Source: a virus (lineage: Duplodnaviria > Caudoviricetes). From it: a stretch of DNA of 40,569 nucleotides. Positions 1 to 9,526 of the stretch are shown here, in pieces. The notes below the pieces were generated by a model that was not told the origin of the DNA, searched no databases, and saw only the letters and a program-made list of their open reading frames with translations. A program made the position numbers and the translations under genes. The stretch is from positions 1 to 40,569 of IMG/VR virus record IMGVR_UViG_3300049982_000268; one strand, given 5' to 3'. Position 1 is the stretch's first letter. Each line of letters starts with the position of its first letter.

Positions 1-919
1 AGGGGCGGCCCAGCAGACCCTGGGTGGTGGTCTGCGTGACCGTGGTCGTCTCCGGCGGGGGCGCGGGCGAGGTCTCCGTGCACTCGTAGTGCGGTTCCTG
101 CGGGTTGAAGTTCTGAACGCGCCCGCAGTCCAGGGTTCGGCCGTCCGCGTAGTGCTCGATCCAGCCGACCGGCGGCTGACCGTCACTGCCTTTTGGGAGC
201 GGCCCCACGTCTTGCGTGGTGCCGTCGGTGTAGGTCACCACCAAGTCACCGTTCACCTGGGCGGTGCTGGCGATCCCCCGGCCCGGCTTGCCGGTCTCGC
301 CGGTCTGGCCGGTGGCGCCGTCCTTGCCGACCACCTGGCCGACGTCCTCGGTGGTGGCGTCGGAGTAGATCAGCGTCAGGTGGCCGTTCGCGATCGTCGA
401 GCCGGTGATCCCGCGCCCGGCCGCGCCGGTCTCGCCCTTGATGACGCCCTTGTCTTCGGTGACGCCGTCGGAGTAGGTCACCCTGAAGTGGCCGTCCACG
501 ATCGAGGTGGCGGCGATCCCCCGGCCGTTCTGGCCCGCGACGCCCTGAGCGCCCTGCTGCGCCGGAGGAGCGGCAGCCACGGCGGCGGCCTTGAGCTGAC
601 GGGCCAGCTCGCATACCCCGCTCTCGGCCAGCTTCTTGGCTGCATCATCTCCGCGCAGGCACAGCGCCAGGGTGCTGTCCGCCGAGCTGTTCGCTACGGG
701 GCTGATCGCGCCCAGCTGGCTGACGGCGTTGTCCTTCTCCTGGGTGACCGCGTCCACCTTGCCGATGGGGATGGCCACGAGAGCAGCCACGATGGCCACG
801 GCGGCGCCTGCGAGCCCGAAGCGGTTGTACCAGCGGCTCCGACGGGCGCGCGCAGCCTGGCGCTTGTGCTCGTTGACGAGCAGATTCGCTTGGGGCGTCA
901 GCGTCGTGTCAATGGACAT
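1..919 (-). CDS. Membrane-anchored collagen-like protein (runs off the window edge)
   Basis: Manually translated from ATG at 919; absent from the ORF track because it has no stop in the window. MSIDTTL..., a TM segment (FGLAGAAVAIVAALVAIPI), G-X-Y stretches and three G-R-G-I...NG-H/D-L-x-x-x-Y-S/T-D repeats. Confidence 0.8.
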   Translation of the reverse strand, partial: MSIDTTLTPQANLLVNEHKRQAARARRSRWYNRFGLAGAAVAIVAALVAIPIGKVDAVTQEKDNAVSQLGAISPVANSSADSTLALCLRGDDAAKKLAESGVCELARQLKAAAVAAAPPAQQGAQGVAGQNGRGIAATSIVDGHFRVTYSDGVTEDKGVIKGETGAAGRGITGSTIANGHLTLIYSDATTEDVGQVVGKDGATGQTGETGKPGRGIASTAQVNGDLVVTYTDGTTQDVGPLPKGSDGQPPVGWIEHYADGRTLDCGRVQNFNPQEPHYECTETSPAPPPETTTVTQTTTQGLLGRP

Positions 920-1208
920 GGCCAGTCCCCTCACCGGGCACCGGGACATCGTTTTGGATCAGCGCTCGCCGGTATCGAGCCGCCTCATCCTCCGCTTGAT
1001 GCATTCGCCTGCGGTATTCCTCGGTCTCCATCTCAGCCTCGTCGGCGCGCTCACGGGCCTTCCGGTTCTCGGCCTCCAAACGGGTAATAACAGAGTCTTC
1101 GGACTCTATTCTTCCCTTGCGGCGACCGTCTATAACCCTAGCCACCGTGGCAACCAGGGTCGCCAGACCGCCGCCGAAGACGGCGCCGAGGATCAGCTCA
1201 AGGCTCAT
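909..1208 (-). CDS. Membrane protein with N-terminal TM and coiled coil (lysis-cassette type)
   Basis: MSLELILGAVFGGGLATLVA... followed by a charged coiled coil; ATG overlaps the upstream stop. Confidence 0.7.
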   Translation of the reverse strand: MSLELILGAVFGGGLATLVATVARVIDGRRKGRIESEDSVITRLEAENRKARERADEAEMETEEYRRRMHQAEDEAARYRRALIQNDVPVPGEGTGHVH

Positions 1209-1627
1209 GTCGAACCGTCCACGCGGGGCGCGTGGTGGAAGACCTTCCACAACTCGGTGTAGCGCCGGACCAGCAGCAGGCAGAGGGCCAGGGTGCTGAA
1301 CAGGACGTAGATCAAACCCGGCAATTCCGGAACGCGGTGGTCCGAGATCAGCTGGACTCCTCGACCCACCAAGATCACGGTGTACGCCAGGTAGCCGGTC
1401 AGCAGCAGTGTGATGGCGATCAGCTCGAACCCGACGCTTCGCAGGGATGCTCCCAGGACACCCACGAGGCCTCCAACGGTCAGCGACGCGGCCCAGATGT
1501 AGATGTAGATCTTCCAGCTAACCAGCGCGAAGCTGGCTAGTGGAACGAAAAACGACATCGCGGCCGAGACGCTCATGAACAGGTAGGCGAGGAGGTGCAG
1601 CCATCGAGGCAACGGACGCATCGGCAT
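1205..1627 (-). CDS. Four-TM membrane protein (holin-like candidate)
   Basis: Four hydrophobic segments in 140 aa; GAGGGG RBS upstream. Confidence 0.7.
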   Translation of the reverse strand: MPMRPLPRWLHLLAYLFMSVSAAMSFFVPLASFALVSWKIYIYIWAASLTVGGLVGVLGASLRSVGFELIAITLLLTGYLAYTVILVGRGVQLISDHRVPELPGLIYVLFSTLALCLLLVRRYTELWKVFHHAPRVDGST

Positions 1628-1680
1628 GGCTGGGAATCCCCCTCGTCACCTGATGGACGTACTTGCGAGCGGTGCTCGCA

Positions 1681-1839
1681 CTACTTCAACGCGAGCACCA
1701 GCACGGCCACGAAGCCGCACAGCGCCGCGACGTGGAACAGCAGCGGGCTGCGGTAGGTCGACACGGTGTGCCACAGGATGGCGTGGAGCGCGGTGCCCGC
1801 GACTGCCACGATGGCCAAGATCAGGACCAGCATGTCCAT
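1681..1839 (-). CDS. Small two-TM membrane protein (52 aa)
   Basis: Manually translated MDMLVLILAIVAVAGTALHAILWHTVSTYRSPLLFHVAALCGFVAVLVLALK; strong AAGGAGG RBS; below the ORF-track cutoff. Confidence 0.75.
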   Translation of the reverse strand: MDMLVLILAIVAVAGTALHAILWHTVSTYRSPLLFHVAALCGFVAVLVLALK

Positions 1840-1916
1840 GACTTCCTCCTTCGTCGCAAATTGGCATCAGAATCCGGGTCGTGGACAGGAGCCCACGACC
1901 CGGCGTGATCACCAGC

Positions 1917-2333
1917 TCACTGGCCGATTTGCCGCATCAGCAGTCCCTTGAGGACGGTCTGGATCTCGTCCTGGGAGAGCTGGATGTCGGGGTCTTCGAT
2001 GACCCGGCGCTGGATGTCGAACCAGTCGCGGGTCGCCTGCGGGATGCCCCAGTTCGGGTCCGGTACGTGGTCCGTGATGACCTTCTCGACGACCTCGGAG
2101 TCCACGCTGGCCGGGACGATCCAGAGGTGCTCGCCGGGTTCGCCGGGGGTGCGCGCCGTCGACATCTGCACGACCTGGTCCAGGGCCTGCTCCAGCTCGG
2201 CGTGCAGCTGGCCCTGATTGACGTCCTTGTCGGCGAAGAACTGCGCGGTCTCCTCGTCCGGGAACGGCGACCAGGGGACCTCCTCGATCTGCTTGTCCTC
2301 GGGGACGGTGGCTTCGGTGCTGGGCTCGGTCAC
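1917..2333 (-). CDS. Hypothetical protein
   Basis: 138-aa ORF with AAGGAG RBS, directly downstream of the 1189-aa gene. Confidence 0.75.
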   Translation of the reverse strand: MTEPSTEATVPEDKQIEEVPWSPFPDEETAQFFADKDVNQGQLHAELEQALDQVVQMSTARTPGEPGEHLWIVPASVDSEVVEKVITDHVPDPNWGIPQATRDWFDIQRRVIEDPDIQLSQDEIQTVLKGLLMRQIGQ

Positions 2334-2344
2334 GGAGGGCTCCT

Positions 2345-5300
2345 TCAGATGAACAGGTCGGTGGAGTCGGTGGCTTCGCCCGCGAGAGCCGCGTCCAGCA
2401 GCTCGTAGTGCGTGCCCTTGATCCTCAGGGCGGCGAGGTTACGCGCGCGGCGGCCGTCGGTCTGACCCTCGGTGATCAGCTCCTGCTGCTCGGCGAAGTC
2501 GAACTGCTTGGCGGCCGTCTTCTCCAGGTGGGCCTTCGCGGCGGCGGCGATGTCTTCGTTGCCGTCGCCCTCGGGCTCCGTAATCAGGTCCTGCCCGGCG
2601 GCCGACTTCTGGAAGGAGGCCACGATGTCCGCCAGCCGGTCGCCCTCGGCGGCGGCGTGGTAGCTGTTCGGCAGCGACGACCCGCCGTCGAGCAGGTGGA
2701 TGTTCGCATCGCTGTCCGGCACCAGCTCGGCGGCAGCGGGCGGGTTGTCCGGAATCGGGTCCAGGTCGTCGTGGGTCATCTCGGCCGGGCGCATGGTGGC
2801 GTTCTCGTCGCCGTAGGCCACCGGCAGCGCGGGCTCGGGCTGCTCGTGCAGGACCGCGTCGAAGCCGAGCGACGGCGTCAGCGGCTGCGGGTTGGCGTTC
2901 AGGTTGTTCCAGTTGTCCGGATCCTCCCCGGCCGCCCAGCCGGTGCTGCCCGGGTTCGTGGTGTTCGAGTGCGCGGGCTCGCTCGTGCCGCGTCCGGGCT
3001 GCGGGTTCGTGTTCGAGATCGGGTCCCAGGCGCTGGCCTCCTTCGTGGCGTCCAGCGAAGCCTTGCCGATCTCCTTCCATGGAGTGTGCGCCTTGACCTC
3101 GTCGCGCAGGTTCGGGATCTTCCGGGCGTGCTCGGGATCCCACCAAGCCGCCTGCTCGTGGCAGTCTCCCTTGGGGTCATCGGGATTCGGCACCACGCGA
3201 CCGTCCTTCATGGACAGGTCCTTTTCGGACGGGATCACCACGACATGGCCCTGGTACACCCCGTTCGGGGAGGACCAGACGTGCTTCACCGCGCCGTGCA
3301 GCGGGAACTCCTGTCCGACCTCCTCTTCCCACTCGCGGATGCCCGCGTGCAGGCTGGAGCGGTCACCGTCCTCGTGGTGGCCGCCCGGGAACTCCCAGGT
3401 GCCCGCCGCCGGGTCCTTCTCGTCGTCGAGTCCGCGCTGGAGCATCAGCACGCGACCGGTGTCGTGCGCCTTGAGCGCGATGCCGGAAACGCTCGGGCCG
3501 GGCGGCTCGGCCTTGGCGGCCTCGTGGTGGTGCTCGTGGCCCTCGCCACCCAGTGGCGCGCCGCAGTGCGGGCAGCGGTGGTGCTCGACGGCTTCCACGC
3601 CGATGAAGCCACCACAGTGCGGGCAGCGCCGCTCGCCGTCCTCGTGGTGCTCAGCAGTCTTCTGGGGCAGCTCCTTGACCGCCTCGACCTCATCCCCCTG
3701 ACCCTCCAGGTGGGCGACCGCGCGCTGGGCGTGCTCGTCACAGGTCGGGATGTAGGCCATGTGCTCGGCCCACATGTGCGCTTTCGTAGCCGGTTCGTCG
3801 CAGTACTTGCAGGTCTGCGGGCCGAGCTTGCCCGCGTCCTTCCACAGCAGTACGGCCGTACGGTGACGGACTCCGGCACGCACCAGGCTGCCGATGACCT
3901 CGGCTGGGTCGGCGTCCTCCGCGCGCAGCCGGGCCACCATCGAATCGACCAGCGACCCCTCGTACGGCCGGGCGAAAACGTGCTCGCCCGCGTCCGGGTC
4001 GTACCGGACGATGGTGCGCTCGCGCGAGGTCGACTCGGAGGGGTGGACCTCCTTGCCGAACATGCCCTGGCTCTGGGCCTCGAACTGGAGCGCCAGCGCG
4101 TGCGAGCACTTCCGGCCCTCGAAGCGCTGGAAGCCGGGGCTGCGCTCGAAGGCGTAGGCGGCCCACTTGCACCCACAGGTCCAGTCGGCGACCTTCTTCG
4201 TGCCGGGCCGGTAGACCAACAGGGCCTCGTAGGTGCCGTGGTCGCCCTGCACGGTGCCGCCGATGCCGTCGTTCGAGGCGATGACGATGGTCACGCCACC
4301 CTCGGACCGGATCCGCTTCGCCTTGCGCTGGACGTCGGCCCAGGACGCGGTGATGTGGAAGCCCAGGTCCCTGTCCCGAGCAGCGGCCCTCAGGATGCGA
4401 CCGGGCTCTGGGTCCTTGCGGGCGGCGATCCTCTGGTGCCCGCTCGCGGAACAGAAGCCGTCGTCGTGGTGGGTCAGCTCGTGCTGGAAGGCCTCGTCCT
4501 CGTCGTCGGTGTCGAACCCGCAGCCCAGGTGGGCGCCCGCCAGCGCGGAGTATTTCTCCAGCGACTTGGGCAGGTGCTTGAACTGCGACGGCGCCCACTC
4601 GGCCTCGGGGAAGCCGTGCTTGTCGGCGTCGTAGACGTGCCCCTCGACGTGCTTGTCCCCGCGCAGCATCGCGGCGGCGGTCCGGTGGTGACCGTCCAGC
4701 GTGTAGTAGTCACCGCCGTGCTTGACGAAGATCGGCCGGTCGTTGGCCGGGTAGTTCGGCCGCCCGCTGCCGGACTTGTGCTCGGGGTTGCTCAGGTACG
4801 TGTCGACGCCGCGCTTCGTCACGCGCGGCTGGGTCGCGTAGACCTTCGGCCCGTGCAGCGGAACCGGGCCGATCTCGCCCTTCTCGTGCCAGTGCCTGAA
4901 GTCGTTCTCGCGCCCGCTGTAGCCCCGGAACTCGTGCACGCCCGCGTGCTGCCCCACGGCCTGCTCGTCTTCCCAGTCCGGGTCGTCGCCGTGGTTGCCG
5001 AAGTTCGTCTTCTCGCCCTCGACGTACCCGGCAAAGCCCACGCGCTTGGTCGGGATCGTCTTGGTGTCGTTGTCCTCCGTGACGGAGCCCTTCGCCTGCA
5101 TCAGCGCCATCGGGCCGGGCTCGGAGATCGGGCAGACCTGCTGCTGCCACGGCGTCTCCCAGGGGCACGGGCCCCGGTCCTGCGGGATCGCCAGCGAGAC
5201 GGCCGTGGAGTCGCCCGGAAAGGTGCAGCGAGCCTCACGGCGCCAGGTGCACCAGTCGTGCCCGGCCAGCGCCGCCGTGGTGCTCACCCGCGAGTCGAAG

Positions 5301-5914
5301 TCGATGAAGTCGTTGATCCCGGCCTGCCCGGGCGCCCCGGCGCCGGGAGACGCGCCCGAGCGCGGGTCGACGATCGTCTTCGGGTGGTTCGAGGGGTCGC
5401 CGATCAGCTCGGGCGTCCACTGCATGCCCGGGTGCGCCGACATCGTGCCGTTGCAGGTGGCGCAGGTGGCCTGCCGGACCCGGCCGTTGTCGGTCTTGTC
5501 GGTGAACTCGGTCCCGCCGCAGTACGAGCAGCTGGACGGCTGATCGTCCCCGCCCGGCTCGTCATGGTCCTCGGCGTCGGCTTCCTGGCGCTCCTGGCTC
5601 AGCGCGGCCGTGAAGCTCATCTTCCCCGGGTCCGGCCGGTCGTCAATCACGGTGCCCAGCTCGGGGTAGTCGTCGGTGGCCAGGTGCACCCCAGCGGCAG
5701 ACCGACTGGTCGGCATCTTGGTCAGCATCGACGCGGAGTAGTTGCCGCCGCCCATGCCGTGATCCAGCGTGACCACGTAGTTCTCGGCGTTCGCGATCGG
5801 CCCGTCCTGGACCTCGTCGACCACGCCGGGGTAGCCGTCCACGGTCATGACGCGCTCACCCGGCTGGAAGTCCCAGTAGGTCTCGCTGGTGATGGCCTCG
5901 CGGCGCAGGTTCAT
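2345..5914 (-). CDS. Large polyvalent head-associated protein (Zn ribbons, ParB/Srx-like, SWIM Zn finger, NUDIX hydrolase)
   Basis: ParB-like ATQ...PIFVKHGGDYYTLDGHHRTAAA; SWIM-like CGCKW...CSH; NUDIX box PGGHHEDGDRSSLHAGIREWEEEVG; several CxxC pairs; lies immediately after the portal gene. Confidence 0.8.
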   Translation of the reverse strand: MNLRREAITSETYWDFQPGERVMTVDGYPGVVDEVQDGPIANAENYVVTLDHGMGGGNYSASMLTKMPTSRSAAGVHLATDDYPELGTVIDDRPDPGKMSFTAALSQERQEADAEDHDEPGGDDQPSSCSYCGGTEFTDKTDNGRVRQATCATCNGTMSAHPGMQWTPELIGDPSNHPKTIVDPRSGASPGAGAPGQAGINDFIDFDSRVSTTAALAGHDWCTWRREARCTFPGDSTAVSLAIPQDRGPCPWETPWQQQVCPISEPGPMALMQAKGSVTEDNDTKTIPTKRVGFAGYVEGEKTNFGNHGDDPDWEDEQAVGQHAGVHEFRGYSGRENDFRHWHEKGEIGPVPLHGPKVYATQPRVTKRGVDTYLSNPEHKSGSGRPNYPANDRPIFVKHGGDYYTLDGHHRTAAAMLRGDKHVEGHVYDADKHGFPEAEWAPSQFKHLPKSLEKYSALAGAHLGCGFDTDDEDEAFQHELTHHDDGFCSASGHQRIAARKDPEPGRILRAAARDRDLGFHITASWADVQRKAKRIRSEGGVTIVIASNDGIGGTVQGDHGTYEALLVYRPGTKKVADWTCGCKWAAYAFERSPGFQRFEGRKCSHALALQFEAQSQGMFGKEVHPSESTSRERTIVRYDPDAGEHVFARPYEGSLVDSMVARLRAEDADPAEVIGSLVRAGVRHRTAVLLWKDAGKLGPQTCKYCDEPATKAHMWAEHMAYIPTCDEHAQRAVAHLEGQGDEVEAVKELPQKTAEHHEDGERRCPHCGGFIGVEAVEHHRCPHCGAPLGGEGHEHHHEAAKAEPPGPSVSGIALKAHDTGRVLMLQRGLDDEKDPAAGTWEFPGGHHEDGDRSSLHAGIREWEEEVGQEFPLHGAVKHVWSSPNGVYQGHVVVIPSEKDLSMKDGRVVPNPDDPKGDCHEQAAWWDPEHARKIPNLRDEVKAHTPWKEIGKASLDATKEASAWDPISNTNPQPGRGTSEPAHSNTTNPGSTGWAAGEDPDNWNNLNANPQPLTPSLGFDAVLHEQPEPALPVAYGDENATMRPAEMTHDDLDPIPDNPPAAAELVPDSDANIHLLDGGSSLPNSYHAAAEGDRLADIVASFQKSAAGQDLITEPEGDGNEDIAAAAKAHLEKTAAKQFDFAEQQELITEGQTDGRRARNLAALRIKGTHYELLDAALAGEATDSTDLFI

Positions 5915-5962
5915 GACGGCCTCCTCGCTGTTTGGGCTGCCGCCTGGGCCACCCGGGCAGGC

Positions 5963-8170
5963 TTAGACCGCTTCCTCGTCCTCGTCCCACTTCTTCTGCC
6001 AGCGCTCTTCGGGCTCGACGACGACGTGGCGGCGCATGCCGACGTGCTTCGGGTCGCCGTAGAGACCGGCTGGCCGGTAGTTCTGGGTCCGGCGCTCGAC
6101 GACCTCGCCCGTCTCCGGGTCCACGAGGTCCTCGATCGAGTTGTCCGGTGCCACGTAGTGCTTCTTGGCCGCGCGCCGGATCTGGCCTCGCTTGTACTCG
6201 TAGTTCGCGACCTTCCGGGCGGCTGGCTTCGGCATGCTGGCCCTCGCTTCGTCGGACTCCGGCGGGCGGGTGTCGCCCTCCTCGGGAGCCTGGGCGGCCA
6301 CCGGCAGCGGGAGCACCTGCGCCCCGGCGTCGGTGGCGTCGCTCTCGTCGTCCTCTGCCTCGTCCTCTTCGGTGGGCGCCAGCGCGGGTGTGGGAATGTC
6401 CTGGTTGCCCAGGGTGGGGATGACCATGTCCTGGCCGGGTTCCGGCGCGTTGAGCGCGCGCGGCTCGAAGTCGTCGCGCAGGTCTTGCGGGATCGGCAGT
6501 CCGGCGTCGCGCAGGGCCTGGTAGGTCTCCTTGCGGGTCTCCTGCTCGACGACAGCCTTGCGGATCTGCTCCTGCTTCTTGGCCTCCAGCATCTCCTCGA
6601 AGTCGATGCCGGTGCCGAGGATGCGCCGCTCGTCGGTGATCGGTACCCCGGCCGCCGAGAGGCTCTCGATGAACTGCCGTTCCTGGGCTTGGTCGCTCAA
6701 GTTGAGCGTGTCGAACTCAAGTTCCGGCACGAGCAGCTTCGGCTGTTCGACGATCTTCTCCTCGCCGGACTCCTCGTCGACCTCCAGGACCTCTTCCATT
6801 TTCACGTACCGCTTGCCGTTGCGGACGTCGTAGTCGAAGTGCTCCTGGGCCTCGGCGACGATCCGCGCGCGGTCGTCGAAGAACTCCTTGACGTCGTTCT
6901 GGTGGTCGGTCATCAGCTCGGTGACGACGTCGCGGTTCAGGGCGTCGGCGGCGTAGGTCTCGCCTGCCTGGGCGCCCTGGAGCATGGTGCGCGAGAGCCC
7001 GAAGGTCTGGAGGATGCGGTCCTCGATGCGGTCGAAGTCGCCGGTGAGGTCCGGCATCTCCTCCTTGCCGAAGACGCTCTCGATGGTGGTCGCGAAGTTG
7101 TGGACCATGACGCGGAAGTCGGCGGCCAGCGCCTCGTCCAGCGACTCGCGGAAGTCGTCCAGCTCGTCGCCGGTGGGGATCCACGGGACGTTGGTGCCCA
7201 GGTCGGTCGCGCTGGCGCCGAGCTTGGCCAGCAGCAGCGGGGTGTACAGCCGGTCGGAGATGGCGTCCATCGCCGTGTTCAGCATCTCCTCCTGGAGCAC
7301 CGACCGGAACGCGCGCATGATGATCGGGATGCCGCGCTTGTGGAAGGTGTCGGCCTCGAACTTCACCTGCTTGAGCAGCATGTTCGAGACGGGCATCCGG
7401 CTGTTCTCGCCCGCGAAGGCGACCAGTTCGGGGTACTCGCTGACCAGCTGGTTGTACTCCCAGACCGGCGCCCGGTTGCGCAGGACGTCGCGCAGGGCCT
7501 GCGGGAGCCGGATCAGGAACCTGGGGTCGCGCGAGAGCGGGCTGCGATCCACGAAGACGTCGTTCGGGTGCAGCAGCTCCTCGGACTCCCAGACGCCCAG
7601 CACCTCGTTGAAGGTGCCCAGCGGGAAACCCTCGCCGACCATCCACTTCTCGCGCGAGAGGTTGACCAGGAACTTCTTGTACTTGAGCTGCTCGAAGAAG
7701 AGGTCCTCGTAGAACTCCTGGAGCTGCTTGTCCTTGCACTTGATCTTCATGCCCTGCAAGGGGTACTTCGAGTAGATGTCGATGCAGCTGGCCAGCACGG
7801 GGTGCGTCAGGTAGAGCAGACGGCAGAACTCCCGCAGCTTCGCCATCTCCTCGTCCTTAGAGATGTCGAACGGGAGGTTGTTCTGGCGCCAATAGAACAT
7901 CGGGTCGCGCGGGCGGCCCATGGCGAAAGCCAGGTCGCCGCCCTGCCCGCCGCCGGAGAAGGTGTCCGAGATGATCCCGGCGCCGCGCTTCTTCAACGCG
8001 CCGATCCGGCGGTTGCGGCGCATCTCCGCGACGGTGGGGTCCTCGGTGTAAGCGCGGGCCATCCGCGACATCTCCACCGACCGCGTGGGCACGACGAGGC
8101 CGGGGTGGCCGCTGCCGGACGGCTCCGGACGGCTCTGACCCCGGCGATCGGTGACGACGAAGTCCGCCAC
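5963..8170 (-). CDS. Probable portal protein
   Basis: 735 aa with portal-like segments (HPVLASCIDIYSKYP, RGIPIIMRAFRSVLQEEML, RILQTFGLSRTML) and an acidic C-terminal tail. Similarity to large actinophage portals is recalled, not searched. Confidence 0.7.
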   Translation of the reverse strand: MADFVVTDRRGQSRPEPSGSGHPGLVVPTRSVEMSRMARAYTEDPTVAEMRRNRRIGALKKRGAGIISDTFSGGGQGGDLAFAMGRPRDPMFYWRQNNLPFDISKDEEMAKLREFCRLLYLTHPVLASCIDIYSKYPLQGMKIKCKDKQLQEFYEDLFFEQLKYKKFLVNLSREKWMVGEGFPLGTFNEVLGVWESEELLHPNDVFVDRSPLSRDPRFLIRLPQALRDVLRNRAPVWEYNQLVSEYPELVAFAGENSRMPVSNMLLKQVKFEADTFHKRGIPIIMRAFRSVLQEEMLNTAMDAISDRLYTPLLLAKLGASATDLGTNVPWIPTGDELDDFRESLDEALAADFRVMVHNFATTIESVFGKEEMPDLTGDFDRIEDRILQTFGLSRTMLQGAQAGETYAADALNRDVVTELMTDHQNDVKEFFDDRARIVAEAQEHFDYDVRNGKRYVKMEEVLEVDEESGEEKIVEQPKLLVPELEFDTLNLSDQAQERQFIESLSAAGVPITDERRILGTGIDFEEMLEAKKQEQIRKAVVEQETRKETYQALRDAGLPIPQDLRDDFEPRALNAPEPGQDMVIPTLGNQDIPTPALAPTEEDEAEDDESDATDAGAQVLPLPVAAQAPEEGDTRPPESDEARASMPKPAARKVANYEYKRGQIRRAAKKHYVAPDNSIEDLVDPETGEVVERRTQNYRPAGLYGDPKHVGMRRHVVVEPEERWQKKWDEDEEAV

Positions 8171-8179
8171 GCGCGCTCC

Positions 8180-8407
8180 CTACTTCTTGGCCGCGCGCCT
8201 GCGGGCGGGCGTGGTTTCCTGCTCGTCCTGGACGTCCTGCTCGGCTTCCTCGGCCGTCATCGTGGCGGGCTCGATGATCTTGTAGTTGATCAGCCTATCG
8301 ACCTCGACCTCTTCGGCCGGGGAGTCCCGGGTCAGCATCACCATGTCGCCCGGTGCGTGCTCGCCGTCGGCGTTCGTCCACGGGATCAGGACGCGGTAGC
8401 GGGGCAT
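8180..8407 (-). CDS. Small hypothetical protein in the head module
   Basis: 75 aa; TGATG coupling to the upstream gene. Confidence 0.7.
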   Translation of the reverse strand: MPRYRVLIPWTNADGEHAPGDMVMLTRDSPAEEVEVDRLINYKIIEPATMTAEEAEQDVQDEQETTPARRRAAKK

Positions 8408-9027
8408 CAGCGGACTCCGATCTTGCTGCGGATGACGGTCAGGACCTTCTCGCGGTCGCGCGCGGCCTCCAGGGCGACGTGGCGCAGGAAGGCGTCCGGG
8501 TCGACGTAGACCCCCGAGGCGGTGCGGTAGGACTTCTTCGCGAACGGGTTGCCGCCGTCGCCGGAGTCCTCCTCGTCGCCGTCCTCGTCATCGGCGCCCT
8601 GGTCGGCGAAGGGGTTGTCGTCCTCGGCGTTCGGGTCCGCGTTCGGGTCGTCGACCGGGATGCCCTCGGCCGCGTCCTGGGCCTGCTGCATCTGCTCGTC
8701 GTCCTGGCCGGGCCACTGCGGGCCCATGCCGGGCACCTGAATCGGCTGGCCGTTGATGGTCTGCGGGAACGCGGGGTAGCGCGGCTGGACCTGCACGGTG
8801 AAGCACATCTTGCAGAAGCCGCACTCGATGGTTCCGTCCGAGCGCGCGATCACCTGCCCGGAGCCGCACGCCGGGCAGTGGTAGACCACCTGCGGGTCGC
8901 CCGAGTCGTGGGCGAACTTCATGATCTTGGGCTTGCTCTCGGCCAGCCGCCGGGCGAAGCGCTGTCCCACGCTGGCGTCGGCGGGCAGCTCCCCGAAGCC
9001 CAGCAGGACGACGTAACGGTCAGTCAC
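8407..9027 (-). CDS. Zn-ribbon protein, head module
   Basis: HCPACGSG...ECGFC motif and an acidic low-complexity linker. Confidence 0.75.
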   Translation of the reverse strand: MTDRYVVLLGFGELPADASVGQRFARRLAESKPKIMKFAHDSGDPQVVYHCPACGSGQVIARSDGTIECGFCKMCFTVQVQPRYPAFPQTINGQPIQVPGMGPQWPGQDDEQMQQAQDAAEGIPVDDPNADPNAEDDNPFADQGADDEDGDEEDSGDGGNPFAKKSYRTASGVYVDPDAFLRHVALEAARDREKVLTVIRSKIGVR

Positions 9028-9526
9028 CGTAGCCTCCGAGGGCCTCGGCCAGCAGGCGCACGCTGGCCAGTCGGATGACCTCGAACTGGTCCTCGGGGTC
9101 CAGCTCGGCCAGGTGCTGGGTCACCGCGCCGACGTTGCGCAGTTGACCCTCCACATAGGACACAGCCTCTTCGGCGAGCCCGCCGGTCTCGGCGAGCGCG
9201 CCGGAGCTGGCCAGCATCCGCAAGACGGCGGCCGGTCCGCCGGTGGCCAACTCGTGCCGGGCGCCGGTGTGGATGATCGTGCCGTACTCCAGCGAGTCCT
9301 CCAGCAGGTCCAGTTCCGCCGAAGCACGCCGCGCATTCGCCGGAGAGGGCGCCACCGCGTCTTCCAGCTCGGAGTAGAAGCTGACCTCCCCGGCCCGAGG
9401 GCCATCGCTCCACCGCACGTGCCCAGCGGCGGACGAGGCCAGCATGAGGATGCGCCCGCGCGCGCCGAGCGGGACGCCGTCACTGCCGTCACCGATGCTG
9501 GTGACCGACTGGCCCTCGTGGAACAT
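9020..9526 (-). CDS. Hypothetical protein
   Basis: 168-aa ORF tightly packed between its neighbours. Confidence 0.7.
   Translation of the reverse strand: MFHEGQSVTSIGDGSDGVPLGARGRILMLASSAAGHVRWSDGPRAGEVSFYSELEDAVAPSPANARRASAELDLLEDSLEYGTIIHTGARHELATGGPAAVLRMLASSGALAETGGLAEEAVSYVEGQLRNVGAVTQHLAELDPEDQFEVIRLASVRLLAEALGGYGD

Noticed and set aside
2408-8509. 2033-aa plus-strand ORF and other long plus-strand ORFs (e.g. 10696-12888, 19985-22057)
   Set aside because: Antisense shadows of GC3-biased minus-strand genes that carry recognisable motifs; the translations have no domains.
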